From the NCBI RefSeq assembly GCF_028641065.1, contig NC_073415.1:11842001-11906000 (forward strand): a stretch of DNA of 64,000 nucleotides. Reading direction: 5' to 3'. Below the pieces are notes generated by a model, which was given only the letters and a program-made list of their open reading frames with translations, did not search any database and was not told the origin of the DNA. This stretch comes from Leucoraja erinacea (taxonomy: Eukaryota). Below, in pieces: positions 47,391 to 61,279 of this stretch (the stretch's first letter is position 1; each line of letters opens with the position of its first letter). The translations under genes were made by a program, and so were the position numbers.

Positions 47391-50300
47391 TTGTCTTCAC
47401 GACTGACACAGAAGTAGCGTTTTTTCACACTTGTTATTTTTGGGCAGAGCACCCAGGCAAATTCCTTGTATGTGAATACTTGGCCAATAAATGTATTTAC
47501 TTACTTAATCACACTAGAAGCGACAGGAACCTCTTCATTCCAGCAACGCTGAAACCCAAGACCAAGGTAAGAACTGTGATAGTGACATTTCAGCGACGTT
47601 TGGATACATATATGGATACACAGGGAATAGAGGAATATTGAATTTGTGCAGTTTGGGCATTATGTTCAGCACAAACACGGTGGAGCGGGGGTGTGTGTGT
47701 GGGGGGGGGGGGTGTGTGTGTGGGGGGGGGGTGTGTGTGTAGGCAGAGGGTGTATGTGGGGAGGGGTGTGTTTGGAGGGTGTGTGGGGGGGGAGTGTGGG
47801 CGGGTGTGTGTTGGGGGGGTGGTGTAGGGCGGGGTGCGGGGAGAGGGAGGATGTGGGAACTGTGTGGGAGGGGGGTGTGGGAACTGTCATGTGTAGTGGC
47901 AAGGTGTGGGAGGGTGAGTGGGGGGATGTATTTCTTGCTGTAGATTAGCTAGCCTGTAATTGCAACAACACAACAGTGGCAGGTATTTCTTGTATTCGTA
48001 TTGTATTGTATTCAAATTTATTGTCATTGTGTCAATTTGAGACAACAAAATGAATTTCCCTTACAGGCAGTATCGTTAAAAACAAATCACAAGAAAAATA
48101 ATAAAAATAAATAATAAATAAATAATAAAACATATTAAAAATAAAATTGAAATTGAATTAAAAATTTAAAAAAAGCACTGGGAATAATACAGAAGGTGCA
48201 GGATCAGTTCATTACAAATAGGAAGAGAGATTCCAAAGGGAGTAAGGGGCGACCGTGGCTGACAAGGGAAGTCAGGGACAGTATAAAAATAAAAGAGAAG
48301 TATAACGTAGCAAAGATGAGCAGGAAGCCAGAGGATTGGGTAACGTTTAAAGAGCAACAGAAGATAACTAAAAAGGCAATACGGGGAGAAAAGATGAGGT
48401 ACGAAGGTAAGCTAGCCAGGAATATAACGGAGGATAGTAAAAGCTTCAGGTATGTGAAGAGGAAAAAATAGTTAAGGCCAAAGTTGGACCCTTGAAGACT
48501 GAAAAGGGTGAATTTATTATGGGGAACAAGGAAATGGCAGATGAGTTGAACAGGTACTTTGGAGGGGGAGGAGCTTTAATACCCAGAAGTGTGGACGTGC
48601 CTCAGCCGCTGCAAGATGGCGAGCGAGAGGGTCACGACTCTCAGTCTGAGCTGGAAATCTACTGAACACAGAGAATACTGACCTGTGAGTGCTCTTTATG
48701 TGTTTTTAACTGCCTTTTGTAACTGTGCCTTTTGCAACTGTCTGCCTTTTGCAACTGTCTGCCTTTTGCAACTGTCTGCCTTTTGCAACTGTCTGCCTTT
48801 TGCAACTGTCTGCCTTTTGCAACTGTCTGCCTTTTGCAACTCTGCCTTTTGTCTTCACGACTGACACAGAAGTAGCGTTTCTTCACACTTCTTACTTTTG
48901 GGCAGAGCACCCAGGCAAATTCCTTGTATGTGAATACTTGGCCAATAAATGTATTTATTCAATGAAGCGACAGGAACCTCTTCATTCCAGCAACGCTGAA
49001 AGCCAAGACCAAGGTAAGAACTGTGATAGTGACATTTCAGCGACATTTGGATACATATATGGATACACAGGGAATAGAGGAATATTGAATTTGTGCAGTT
49101 TGGGCATTATGTTTAGCACAAACACTGTGGGCCGAAGGGCTTGCCCTTTTCTGTTCTAATTATTTAATTGTCATATGTACAGGCAACAGGCAATTTAAAT
49201 TATTGCTGTAGATTAACAAACCTATAAAAGCAAGGTAGTGTCCCAGCTCCCATGTTGTTCGGCATCTTCCTGTCTGCCCTCTGTCCTTTGTCTTCACGAC
49301 TGACACAGAAGGAGAGAATCTTCACACTAGAAGGTTGTGGGTGGAAAGAGAGAGAGGGGGCAGCGAGCGTTGTGGGGGGGGGGGGCGGGGGAGGTGTGTG
49401 GGGGCGGGGATGTACGTGTGGGGGAAGGGGTGTGGTGGGTGAGGGGTTGCAGGGGGAGAGGAGGTGCGTGGGGGGGGGTGTGTTTGTAGGGAGAGGGTGT
49501 ATGTGGGGGGGGGTGTGTGGGCAGAGGGTGTGTGGGGGGAGGGGTGTGTGTTGGCTGAGGGTGTGGGGGGGGGGTGTGTGTGGGCGGGTGTATGTGGGGG
49601 GGGGTGTGTGTGGGGGGTGTATGTGGGGGGGGGTGTTTGAGGGCAGAGGGTGCGTGGGTGATGGGTGGTGGTGAGGGGTGTGTGTGTGTGGGGGGATGCA
49701 GGCGGGGTGCGGGGAGAGGGGGATGTGGGAAGGGGCGTTGTGTGGGGGGTGTGTGTGGGCGGGTGTATGTGGGGGGGGGGGGTGGGGGGGTGTGTGTGGG
49801 TGGGTGGGTGGGTGGGGGTGAGTGTGTGGGCGGTGTGTGGGCGGTGTGTGGGGTGGGGGGGGGGGGGGGGGGTGTTTGAGGGCAGAGGGGTGTGGGCGGG
49901 GGGTGTGTGTAAGAGGTGTGTGTGTGTGTGGGGGGGGATGTAGGGCGGGGTGCGGGGATAGGGAGGATGTGGGAGGGGTGAGGGTGGGGGGGGATGTATT
50001 TCTTGCTGTAGATTAGCAAACCTGTAATTGCAACAACACAACAATGGCAGGTATTTCTGGGAATAATACAGAATAATGCAGGATCAGTTCATTCCAAATA
50101 GGAAGAGAGATTCCAAAGGGAGTAAGGGGCGACCGTGGCTGACAAGGAAAGTCAGGGACAGTATAAAAATAAAAGAGAAGTATAACGTAGCAAAGATGAG
50201 CAGGAAGCCAGAGGATTGGGTAACGTTTAAAGAGCAACAGAAGATAACTAAAAAGGCAATACGGGGAGAAAAGATGAGGTACGAAGGTAAGCTAGCCAGG

Positions 50301-50849
50301 AATATAACAGGATAGTAAAAGCTTCTTCAGGTATGTGAAGAGAAAAAAATAGTTTAGACCAAAGTTGGACCCTTGAAGACTGAAAAGGGTGAATTTATTA
50401 TGGGGAACAAGGAAATGGCAGATGAGTTGAACAGGTACTTTGGATCCGTCTTCACTAAGGAAGACATAAATAATCTTCCTGATGTACTAGTGGCCAGAGG
50501 ATCAGGGGTGATGGAGGAACTGAAGGAAATCAACATTAGGCATGAAATGGTGTTGGATAGACTGTTGGGACTGAAGGATGATAAATCCCCAGGGCGTGAT
50601 GTTCTGCATCCCAGGGTACTTAAGGAAGTGGCTCTAGAAATTGTGGAGGCATTGGTGATCATTTTCCAATGTTCTATAGATTCAGGATCAGTTCCTGTGG
50701 ATTGGAGGGTAGCTAATGTTATCCCACTTTTTAAGAAAGACGGGGGAGAGAAAACGGAATTATAGACCAGTCAGCCTGACATGGGTGGTGGGGAAGATGC
50801 TGGAGTCAATTATAAAAGATGAAATAGCGGCACATTTGGATAGCAGTAC

Positions 50850-52316
50850 AGGTCTTGTCCCACTTTGCAATTTTTACGGAGACTGCGAGCGTCAGTGACT
50901 GACGCCTGTAAAACCGTCAAGTTGTACAACGTACACGCTGATGTACGCTGTCCTGCGGGTGATGCCCGGTTAGGGTCAGGGTCAGGGACCACAGATGGGC
51001 TGTAGAATATTCTTCCTTCAATGCATGGAGTTTAAACATTAATATATCAAAATTAATACAATAAAATCAATTGTGCAAATGAAAAGATGTCTGAGTTCAG
51101 TTTTATTTACAGATGTATTGGTCAAGTTCCAAATCTAATCACCGTCTCTAACGTTTCACAGGGATGGATTCAGTCAATGTAGACTGAACTTCCCTCTCTC
51201 ATCCACCCCCCTCTCCCCCACTCCCGCCCCATCACTGCTTCTCCACTACCCCCCTACCTTTCTCCCCTCCCCTCCCCTCTTCTTCTCTCCTCTCCCCCTT
51301 CTTCTCATCCTCCTCTTCCTCCCTTCTCCCCGCTCCACTCTTCTCCCATTCTCCAACCCCCCCCCACTTTTCCCGATGCCCCTCATTTGTGGACTCAGCC
51401 AGCGACCAGCGTATACCCGCACACCATCCCACACACTAGGGACAATTTATACAAACTCTAACACTAACTCTAACACTAACTCTAACACTAACTCTAACAC
51501 TAACTCTAACACTAACTCTAACACTAACTCTAACTCTAACACTAACTCTAACTCTAACACTAACTCTAACTCTAACTCTAACTCTAACTCTAACTCTAAC
51601 ACTAACTCTAACTCTAACACAAACACTAACTCTAACACTAACACTAACTCTAACTCTAACTCTAACACTAACTCTAACACTAACTCTAACTCTAACACTA
51701 ACACTAACTCTAACACTAACACTAACTCTAACACTAACTCTAACACTAACTCTAACACTAACACTAACACTAACTCTAACACTAACTCTAACACTAACTC
51801 TAACTCTAACACTAATAACTCTAACTCTAAAGGGTTGGTATAAATATGTTGTCCCTATCATGTGTGGGATAGTGTGCGGGGGATCGCTGGTCGGTGCGGA
51901 CTCGATGGGCCGAAGGGCACTGGATCTCTGAACTAAATGTAATACAGGGGCCCCATGGACTCGAACCCCCAATGTTCTGCCTGCTCCTCATGGGAACTAA
52001 ACTGTTGGCCACGAGTTGTCCCAGAGGGCAGATCTCTCTTCCAATGGTCTCTCCAAACCCCCAGAGGCAGCGGCTTTCCCTCTGAAAAGTTAGAGACGGT
52101 GACTGGATATAGAAGCAGACCAATACATCTGTAAATAAAACTGAACAACTCAGACATATTTTCATTTGCACAATTGATTTTATTGTATTAATTTTAATAT
52201 ATTAATGTTTAAAATCCATGTATTGAAGGAAGAATATTTTACAGCCCATCTGTGGCCCCTAACCCTAACCCAAACCGGGGGTCACCTGCAGGACAGCATA
52301 TGTCAGCGTGTGACAG
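50850..52316. mobile_element. Nested-palindrome foldback element, copy 2
   Basis: Same arms as copy 1; centre expanded to a (CTAACA/CTAACT)n array. Confidence 0.75.
51455..51830 (+). repeat. Telomere-variant hexamer array (CTAACA/CTAACT)n
   Basis: About 62 hexamers, each one substitution from CTAACC. Confidence 0.9.
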
Positions 52317-54499
52317 GGAGCCAGTGGATGTAGTGTACCTGGACTTTCAGATGCATTTGATAAGGTCCCACATAGGAGATTAGTGGGCAAAATTGGGGCA
52401 CATGGTATTGGGGGTAGAGTGCTGACATGGATAGAAAATTGATTGGCAGACCAGAAACAAAGATCAGGGATTAATGGGTCCCTTCCAGAATGGCAGGCAG
52501 TGACTAGTGGGGTACTGCAAGGCTTGGTGCTGGGACCGCAGCTATTTACAATATACATCAATGATTTAGGCGAAGGGATTACAAGTAACATCAGCAAATT
52601 TGCAGATGACACAAAGCTGGGTGGCAGTGTGAACTGTGAGGAGGATGCTATGAGAATGCAGGGTGACTTGGACAGGTTGGGGGAGTGGGCAGATGCATGG
52701 CTGATGTAGTTTAATGTGGATAAATGTGAGGTTATCCACTTTGATAGCTAAAACAGGAAGGCTGATATTTATCTAAATGGTGTCGTTGGGAAAAGGGGAA
52801 GTACAACAGGATCTGGGGGTCCTTGTTCATCAGTCAATGAAAGTAAGCATGTAGGTACAGCAGGCAGTGAAGAAAGCCAATGGCATGTTGGCCTTCATAA
52901 CAAGAGGAGTTGTGTAAAGGAGCAAATAGGTTATTCTGCAGTTGTACAGGGCCCCAGTGAGACCACACCTGTAGTATTGTATGCAGTTTTGGTCTCCAAA
53001 TTTGAGGAAGGACAGTCTTGCTATTGAGGGAGCCCAGCGTAGGTTCACAAGGTTAATTCCCGGGACTGTAATATGCTGAGAGACTGGAGCGGCTGGGCTT
53101 ATATACTCTGGAATTTAGAAAGATGAGAGGGCATCTTATTGAAACATATAAGATCGTTAAGGGGTTGGACACGCTAGAGGCAGGAAACATGTTCCCGATG
53201 TTGGGGGAGTCTAGAACCAGGGGCCACAGTTTAAGAATAAGGGATAAGCCATTTAGAACGGAGACGAGGAAACACAGAATGGGGGGTGTGGTGGTGCGGG
53301 TTATGGGGGGGGGGATTGTGGGGGGGGGGGTGTGGGTGAGGGGTGGGTGGGCCGGGTGTGTGGTGGGGGGGGAGGGAGGGGGGTTTGGGGGGGGGGGATG
53401 TGGGGTGGAGAGGGGCTTGGTGGTGTGTGGGGGTTTTGTAGGGGAGGGGTGGGTGGGGGGGGTGGTGGTGTGGGTGGGGGGGGTGGATGTGGGGGGGGAG
53501 TGTGGAGGGGGGGTGGGGGGTGGGGGTGGGGGGGGGGGATGTGGAAGGGAGGGTTGTGTTGGGGTGGGGGGGTGTGGTGTTGAGGGGTGGGGGGGCGGGG
53601 GGTTGGAGGATGGGCAGCGGTTGTTGGGGGGTGGGGGGGAGGGGTTTGTGTTAGAGGGTGGTGTTGGTTGGGTTTGTGTGGGGGTGGTGTGGAGGGGTTT
53701 GTGTGGGGGGGGTTGGGTGGGTGTGGGAGTGTCTGTGTGGGTGTGTGGTGGGTGGGGGGGGGGAGTGTCTGGGGGAGGGGGTTGTGCGTGGGGGAGAGAG
53801 GGGGTGTGCGGGAGAGGGGTGTGGGGGGCAGGGGGAGGGGGTGATGTGTGGGCGGGGTGTGTGTGGGGGGGGGGTGTGTAGACGGGGTGCGGGGAGAGGT
53901 AGGATGTGGGTGGGTGTGTATTTCTTGCTGTAGATTAACAAGTCTGTAATTGCAACAACACAAAAATGCATTAATTTACATTTCAGTAAATTTATACTCA
54001 CGATACTACTGTAAACATGTCTGTAATGCAACCAGACTCAGTCCATAGTTCTTCACAGTTCATAGATGTGGTTTGTGTCGGGCAGTGTTCAAGAGCCTGA
54101 TGGTTGCTGGGAACAAGCTGTTCCTGAACCTGGAGGTCACGTTTTTTGAGTTTCTGAACAAAATAATGGGAGCGTAGTGCAACGACACAGATAACTAATG
54201 AAATAAAAATCCAGGAAATTAATAATTAAATGCTAGTGTATAAAACATCTGTCGGGCAGCAAGTGACGCAGTCCATAATATCTCATCGTTGTGGTTCATG
54301 TTGTGCAGAGTTTGAGAGGCTTGTAATTGCTGGGAAGAAGCTGCTCTTAAACATGGAGGTCAGTTTCCCTGCTTCTGTTAGTTTTTCACACTGGTAGGGT
54401 GGTGTGGGTCTTTGATATTAGCTGCCTTTTGCAGGTAGCATCTCCTGTAGTTCCCTTTGATGGTGAAGAGATCATCACCTGTGACAGACTGAGCAGTTT

Positions 54500-57400
54500 C
54501 TGCGTAACACATGCGTAACACCAACATTGTCACACTGTACAAGAACACAGCGAGTGCACCAACTACAGGGACATCTCACTTCTGAGTGTTACAGGAAAGG
54601 CCTTTGCCAGAGTGATCCTGCAAAGACTGCACAGACTCGCTGACCTGAGGCACAATGTGGTTTCCATGGTGGTAGATCCACAATGGACATGATCTTCTCC
54701 CTGTGTCAAATCCAAGAAAAATGTGAAGAGCAGCAAACCCCAATGTTCATCGCCTTTGTGGATGTTACAAAAGCTTTCAATTCTGTTAGCAGACACGGCC
54801 TCTACCAGCTACTGGAGAAGATAAGATATCCACCGCGTATTCTCAACCTCTGATGATGCTGCACTCAGTTCCCCAAAAGAAGGACTTCAGGGGCTGATGG
54901 AGATAATGCTTTCTCATGCTTGTACCAAAGACTGACTGGCAATCAACTTAAGATTTAGTCTGTAGTTCTTCATTGTTCATAGTTGTGGTTAGTGTTGGGC
55001 AATGTTTAAGAACCTGATGGTAGCTAGGAAGAAGCTGTTCCTGAACCAGGAGGTTGTGTTTTTTAAGCTACAGTACCTTGTTGCTGATGGTAGGACTGAA
55101 ATATTGAGAGTGTGGTCAGGGTGGTGTGGGTCTTTGACATTAGCTACCTTTAGGATGCAGCATCTCCTGTAGATCCCTTTGATGGTGGGGAGATCATTAC
55201 CTGTGATGGACTGAGCAGTTTCTACCACTCTCTATTCTTCTTCATTCCTGGGGGTTTGAGTTGCTGAACCAGGCTGCAGTGCAACCAGCCAGTGTGCTCT
55301 CTCCCATACAACTGTACAAGTTCAATAGAGTATTCATCAACATGCCGAATCTCCTCAATCTTCTGAATAAGTAGAGGTGATGATGAGTCTTGTATGTGAT
55401 GGCATTGATGTGCTGGACACAGGACAGATCTGCAGAGACATGGACAACCAGGAATATGCAACACAACATTCCCCACCACTGTCCCATGAATGAAGACAAG
55501 TTTGTGGATCATCAGCTTTCCACTCTTGAGGTCATGGACCATCTGCCATGTTTCTTGTGATTGACCAGAGGACAATATCTGATGAGACGGCCATGGACCA
55601 GGGCTGGCACACAGAAGCTTTGGATCGGGACCCTTCAAGACTCCATTCTTGTCTCCATTTACCAGGTTGGATTATGATGACAGGAAATGGCCGAGATTGA
55701 TGATCATCGTGGCCTGGAATGACAAATGATTCTTCTTCTTCTTGCGTTTGGCGTGCACAGTCTAAAGTTGTAGGACAACTTGTTCTATTTGATCTTATTT
55801 AAATGTGCACGCCGGGTTGATTGCATTCGTCGAAACAAAGCGGACAAACTTGAAGGTTGCAATCTCCCACCCCGACAGATGATTGAAGATCTTGAAGACC
55901 CAATCTTGCTCAATGTTCTCTGCAACCTTCAACAGCTGGCACTGGAGAAGCTGTTGAGGAACAACTTGGTGGGATTTCTTTTGGCCCTGGATCTTTTCCA
56001 GACTGTTTGAAGGGGAAAACATGAAACATCTGCCGACAGATGTGTGTGTGTGCTCTTGGTAAGTCGGGGACGGGCTTGGCAGCCAGGAAGGCTCCTGGAC
56101 AGGATGGCATATCTGCTGAAATCCTTTAGTATGGAAACCGTCAACTCTTGCCGTACCTGCACACCCTTCCCCTGTTCTGCTTGAGAGAGGGTGGCATCCC
56201 TCAACACACGCGTAACACCAACATCGTCACACTGCACAAGAACAAGCGAGATCACAGCGAGTGCACCAACTATCATCATGGACTGGAATGTCAGATGATT
56301 CTTCTTGCGTATGGCGTGCACAGTCTAAAGTTGTAGGACAACTTGTTCTATTTGATCTTTTTAAAATGTGCACGCCGGGTTGATTGCATTCGTCGAAACC
56401 ACATGAAGGTTGCAATCTTCCACCCCGACAGATGATTGAAGATCTTGAAGACCCAATCTTGCTCAACGTTCTCTGCTACCTTCAACAGCTGGAGCTGGAG
56501 AAGCTGTTGAGGAACAACTTAGTGGGATTTCTTTTGGCCCTGGATCTCCTCCAGATTGTTTGAAGGGGAAAGCATGAAACATCTGCCGAGGAAGGCTCCT
56601 GGACAGGATGGCATATCTACTGACCTCCTTAAGTATGGAAACCGTCAACTCTTGCCGTACTGGCACACCCTTCCCCTGCTTTATACACGTAACACCAACG
56701 TCGTCACACTGTACAAGAACAAGCGAGATCACAGAGAGTGCACCAACTACAGGGACATCTCACTTCTGAGTGTTACAGGAAAGGCCTTTACCAGAGTGAT
56801 CCTACAAAGACTGCACAGACTCGCTGACATGAGGCACAATGCGGTTTCCATGGAGGTAGATCCACAATCAACCTGATCTTCTCCCTGCGTCAAATACAAG
56901 GAAAATGTCAACAGCAGCAAACCCCATTGTTCATCGCCTTTGTGGATTATACGAAAGCTTACACCTCTGATCATACATTTTGTGTGTGATTGCATTGATG
57001 TGCTGGACACAGGACCGATCTTCACAGACATGGACAACCAGGAACTTGCAACATAACGTTCTCCACCACTGTCCCATGAATGAAGACAAGTTTGTGGATC
57101 ATCGGTTTTCCACTCTTGAGGTCATCGACATCTCACTTCTGAGTGTTACAGGAAAGGCCTTTGCCAGAGTGATCCTACAAAGACTGCACAGACCATCTGC
57201 CATGTTTCCTGTGATTGACCTGGCGCTGGAGAAGCTATTGAGGAACAACTTGGTGAGACTTCTTGTCACCCTGGATATCCTCCAGACGGTGTGAGGGGGA
57301 AAGCATGAAACATCTGCCGACTGATGTGGTCGCCCGCTGTTCTCAAGTAGCTTTCCCTCTGAAGATTTGCAGGAATATGCCACTGGGGCAGATGATGAGT

Positions 57401-59170
57401 CAAGAGCTCGGCGAATTTGACAAATTTCTTAAACGCCTTGGATTCTCCCGTGCAACACCAAGAGGGATTGGATCGCACGCAACAAAAGCCTGAAAATGGA
57501 TGTCGGGATCCCGAATGCTGTTCGTGGAAAACCATCGGATACGAAGCCACATCGGTGGGGACCGCACCGGAATTTCTCAGTGTCCAACAAAGGCCCTTTT
57601 AAGAGCCACTTCTAGAAAGAGCTACAACCACATCCCCACCCCCGCTCTCGTCTGCATTTGGGATTTCATCGTCAACATTTCCCAGTACAACCGGAAGCGA
57701 TCTGTTGCACGTGAGAATCCACGGTGTTTAAGAATTTATCAAACTCGTCTGGCTCTGACTCATCATCTGCCCCAGTGGCATTTTGCTGCAGGTCTTCAGA
57801 GGGAAAGTTCCTGAGATTGACCAGAGGACAAGATCTGAAGACAAGGCCATGGACCAGGGGTGGCCGCAGAAGCTTCATCACACCTGACCCTGCTGCTGGA
57901 ACCGACCAGGCGGTCAGCATGGAGCTGGTCAAGACCAGACTTGGCAATCAGTGGCCACGAACAAGGACGAGCCTCGTGGCTGAAGTGACCGCCGAGAAGG
58001 AAGAGGAACAGTTGGGACCACATTGGTCACTCATCATCCCAACAGAAGAAGGACTTCAGGGCCTGATGGACAGACTGTCTCAAGCTCGCAACAATGACCG
58101 ACAGACAATCATCAGAGAGAGTGGTGGCCCTCAACACACGTGTAACACCAACATCGTCCCACTGCACAAGGACAAGGGAGATCTCAGCGAGTGCACCAGC
58201 TACAGGGACATCTCACTTCTGAGTGTTACAGGAAAGGCCTTTGCCAGAGTGATCCTACAAAGACTGCACAGACTCCCTGACCTGAGGCACAATGCGGTTT
58301 CCATGGAGATAGATCCACAATGGACATGATCTTCTCCCTGCGTCAAATCCAAGAAAAATGTGAAGAGCAGCAAACCCCAATGTTCATTGCCATTGTGGAT
58401 GTTACGAAAGCTTTTGATTCTATCAGCAGACACGGCCTCTACCAGCTACTGGAGAAGATTAGATGTCCACCATGTCTTCTAAACCTCACTTGGTCCTTCC
58501 ATGAGAACATACATCTACAGTGGAATTTGATGAAGCTACATCAGACAGTTTCCCCATGAGAAGTGGAGTGAAGCAAGACTCTGTCCCAACTCCCATGGTG
58601 TTTGGCATCTTCCGATCTGCCCTTTTGTTCTTTGCCTTCCCAACAGGCACGGAAGATGTGTATCTTCAAACCAGAAGTGATGCGATGCTCTTCAATGTGG
58701 CAATGTTGAAAGCCAAGACGAAGATGAGAACTGTGCTTATAAGGGAACTCCAGCCCGCTGATGATGCTGCACTCAGTTCCCCAACAGAAGAAGGACTTCA
58801 GGGGCTGATGGACAGACTGTCTCATGCTCGCACCAAAGACTGACCGGCAATCAGCGTTAAGATGACTGTTGTCATGGGTCAGGGCACTCCGCTCCCCTCT
58901 GAAATCACCATAAGCACCACTCCACTGGAAAATGTTTTAAATTCACCAACCTAGGATCTACGGTGACTGACAGCCACTCTCTGGATGAGGAAACCAATTC
59001 ACGTACAGTAAACCACCTTCCTCTACAGCACCCACCTTCGGGAGACTAAGCAAGTGGACATAGAAGAACAGGAAACTCACAATGAAGACAAAGGTAACTC
59101 TACAACGCGTGAGTGTTGAACACGTTACTGTACAGCAGTGAAGCTCGGGCGACTTACCTCCATCAAGAAC
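54500..59170 (+). mobile_element. Scrambled, repeatedly duplicated RTE-clade LINE RT fragments interleaved with minus-strand Rex1/L2-like pieces
   Basis: NIVTLYKNKRDHSECTNYRDISLLSVTGKAFARVILQRL (4-5 copies), MIFSLRQIQEKCEEQ..FVDVTKAFDS, ADDAAL. Confidence 0.82.
55731..55873 (-). mobile_element. Short structured retroposon with (AAG)n tail and ~11-bp TSD (second copy 56301-56426)
   Basis: Flanked by GACAAATGATT / GACAGATGATT. Confidence 0.6.
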
Positions 59171-59249
59171 GGTAAATGAATGGGTGAGGACCAAGAGAGG
59201 ACCCGGCTGTGGGCAGCCTAGGACCGGCCCGCGGTGGGTGTCGGAGGTC

Positions 59250-59720
59250 AGTCGAGGAGTGAAGTGGAGAACAAAATGGGACCTGCGTTGGAACCAGGAC
59301 AGATCTTCAGAGATATGAACGCCCAGGAACTTGAAGCAGGATCTTGGAACATAACTTTCTCCGCCACTGTCCCATCAATGAAGTCAAGTATGTGGATCTG
59401 CGGCTTTCTCCTGAGGTCAACAAATAGCTCTGTGGTGCTGCGGACATTGAGAACAAAACGTCTGCAATGGCAGCATTCCCTCAGATTATCAATCTCTCTC
59501 CTGTACTCTGACTCATCATTGTCCATCATTTGTCCAACAACGGTGGTATCGTCGGTGGAATTTAAAGACGGCATTGGGATGGTCTGGCTGTACAGTCCTA
59601 GTGATAGAGCAGGGGGCTGAGCACACAGCCTTGAGCTGGTCCTGTGTTGGTTATAGAGGAGGAGGTGTTGCCCGTTTGTGTGGATTGTGGTCTGCTGATG
59701 AGGAAATTGAAGATCCAGTT
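59250..59720 (-). mobile_element. Rex1/Babar- or L2-like LINE RT fragment
   Basis: DDTTVVGQMMDNDESEYRREIDNL..LNVRSTTELFVDLRRK. Confidence 0.75.
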
Positions 59721-61279
59721 GTATTGGATTGAGCAGAGGAGATGTGTGAGGCAAGTTTTGTTTTAACAGAGAAGGTGGTGAGTGCCTGGAATCTGCTGCA
59801 GAGAGTGAGCGATGGTGGGGTGGGGGGGTGTGGAAGTTGCATCTGGCAGGACTTAAGGACATGGAATTTGTGCAGTTGTTTTTAGCATTATGCTCCGCAC
59901 AAACATTGTGGGCCGAAGGGCCAGTGCTTGCACTGTACTGTTTTAATTATTTAATTGGCAACAGAACATTTAAACTATTTCTTGCTGTGGATTAACAAAC
60001 CTGTAATTGCAACAACATAAAAAAATAAAAATAAAAATATCAGTAAATTTATAATTATGATACTAATGTAAAAAATGTCTCTAATGCAACTAATGACTCG
60101 GTGTATAGTTCTTCATAGATTCTCAAACAGAAGTGTCTCTGCTGGCTTGGACACGTCCACAAGATGGGAAATGGACACATCCCCAGAGATGTGGTGGACG
60201 GGGAGGTCACCAATACACGGAGGTGGAGGCCAATACCAGCGCGGCAATTCAGTGACTTTTACAAAGGCGTCTGGATACGGAGGGACGTGGAACGTGCAGG
60301 CAAGTCACAGTTGGTTTTGGCATCATGTTTGGCATATTATTTAATTACTTCTTGCTGCTGCCTGTGTGGAGTTTGCACGTTCTCCCTGTGACTGGGTGCC
60401 TCCGTTTCCTTCCACACTCCAAAGACATGCAACAAAGCTTTGGTATCATTATACATTGTCCCTACAGTGTAGGATATTGCTGGTGTACAAGGATCGCTGG
60501 TCGGCGCGGACTCGGTGGGCCGAAGGGCCTGTTTCTGCGCTGTATCTCTAAACCAATCTGTCCAATGTTCTATGTGGGACTGAGAGAGCCTCTGACTCAG
60601 TACTTTATTGCCTCGCCCTTGTGTTGTTTTGTTTATCTTTACCAACCAGACAAAACCACAAGACCCGCTCCGCACCAGCGGGAGCAGAGAGGCCCTTGCT
60701 CACACACACCTCCGCTCAACTCCGCTACATGTCCATCCAACCATGCGGCAGCTGCCCAACCTTGTGACCACTCAGACCCCGAGTCAACAAGTCAACACCC
60801 TGGTGTAAACCAGCACCGACAGCTTCATCAGGAGTGGGATGTTTACTGAGCTGATTATACATCGATTCACGGTTACTGTGGCAATCAACATTGAATAAGT
60901 TTGAATAAATTATATGAGCCAAGCATGTATACATACAAGGAATTTGCCTAGGTGCTTTGCTTGCACGATATACAGTAGACAATTACAAATAAAACATAAG
61001 TGGTGTGGGGAGGGGAGTTAGTAACACGGTGCAAACTGTAATGTCCATGTTCAGGAAAGGCTTATCTCAACCACAATCAGACATAAGAACTCTACAGACT
61101 CCAACACAACTACAAACTACAAACTGGCTTGCACTCGGGACTTTGGGCTTAGTTGAGCTTTGCACTGTATAGAGTTTTTTTAGTTGTCGAAGTTCTTTTG
61201 TTTTTGTTAATTTATTGTGTTATTTATTGCGTACCGTGTTTGCAAACCTGTGGAGCTGCAGGAAGTAAGTAAAGTACAC

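Larger units (their letters stand above)
50040..53277 (+). mobile_element. Duplicate of the CR1 plus foldback block
   Basis: Colinear with about 42488-45270, with the same insertion site for the foldback element. Confidence 0.88.

Noticed and set aside
51376-51972. Asn/Ser/Thr- or Leu/Glu/Val-repeat proteins
   Set aside because: These are hexamer-array translations. The same applies to the DPNP/SG-repeat ORFs at 61220-61764.
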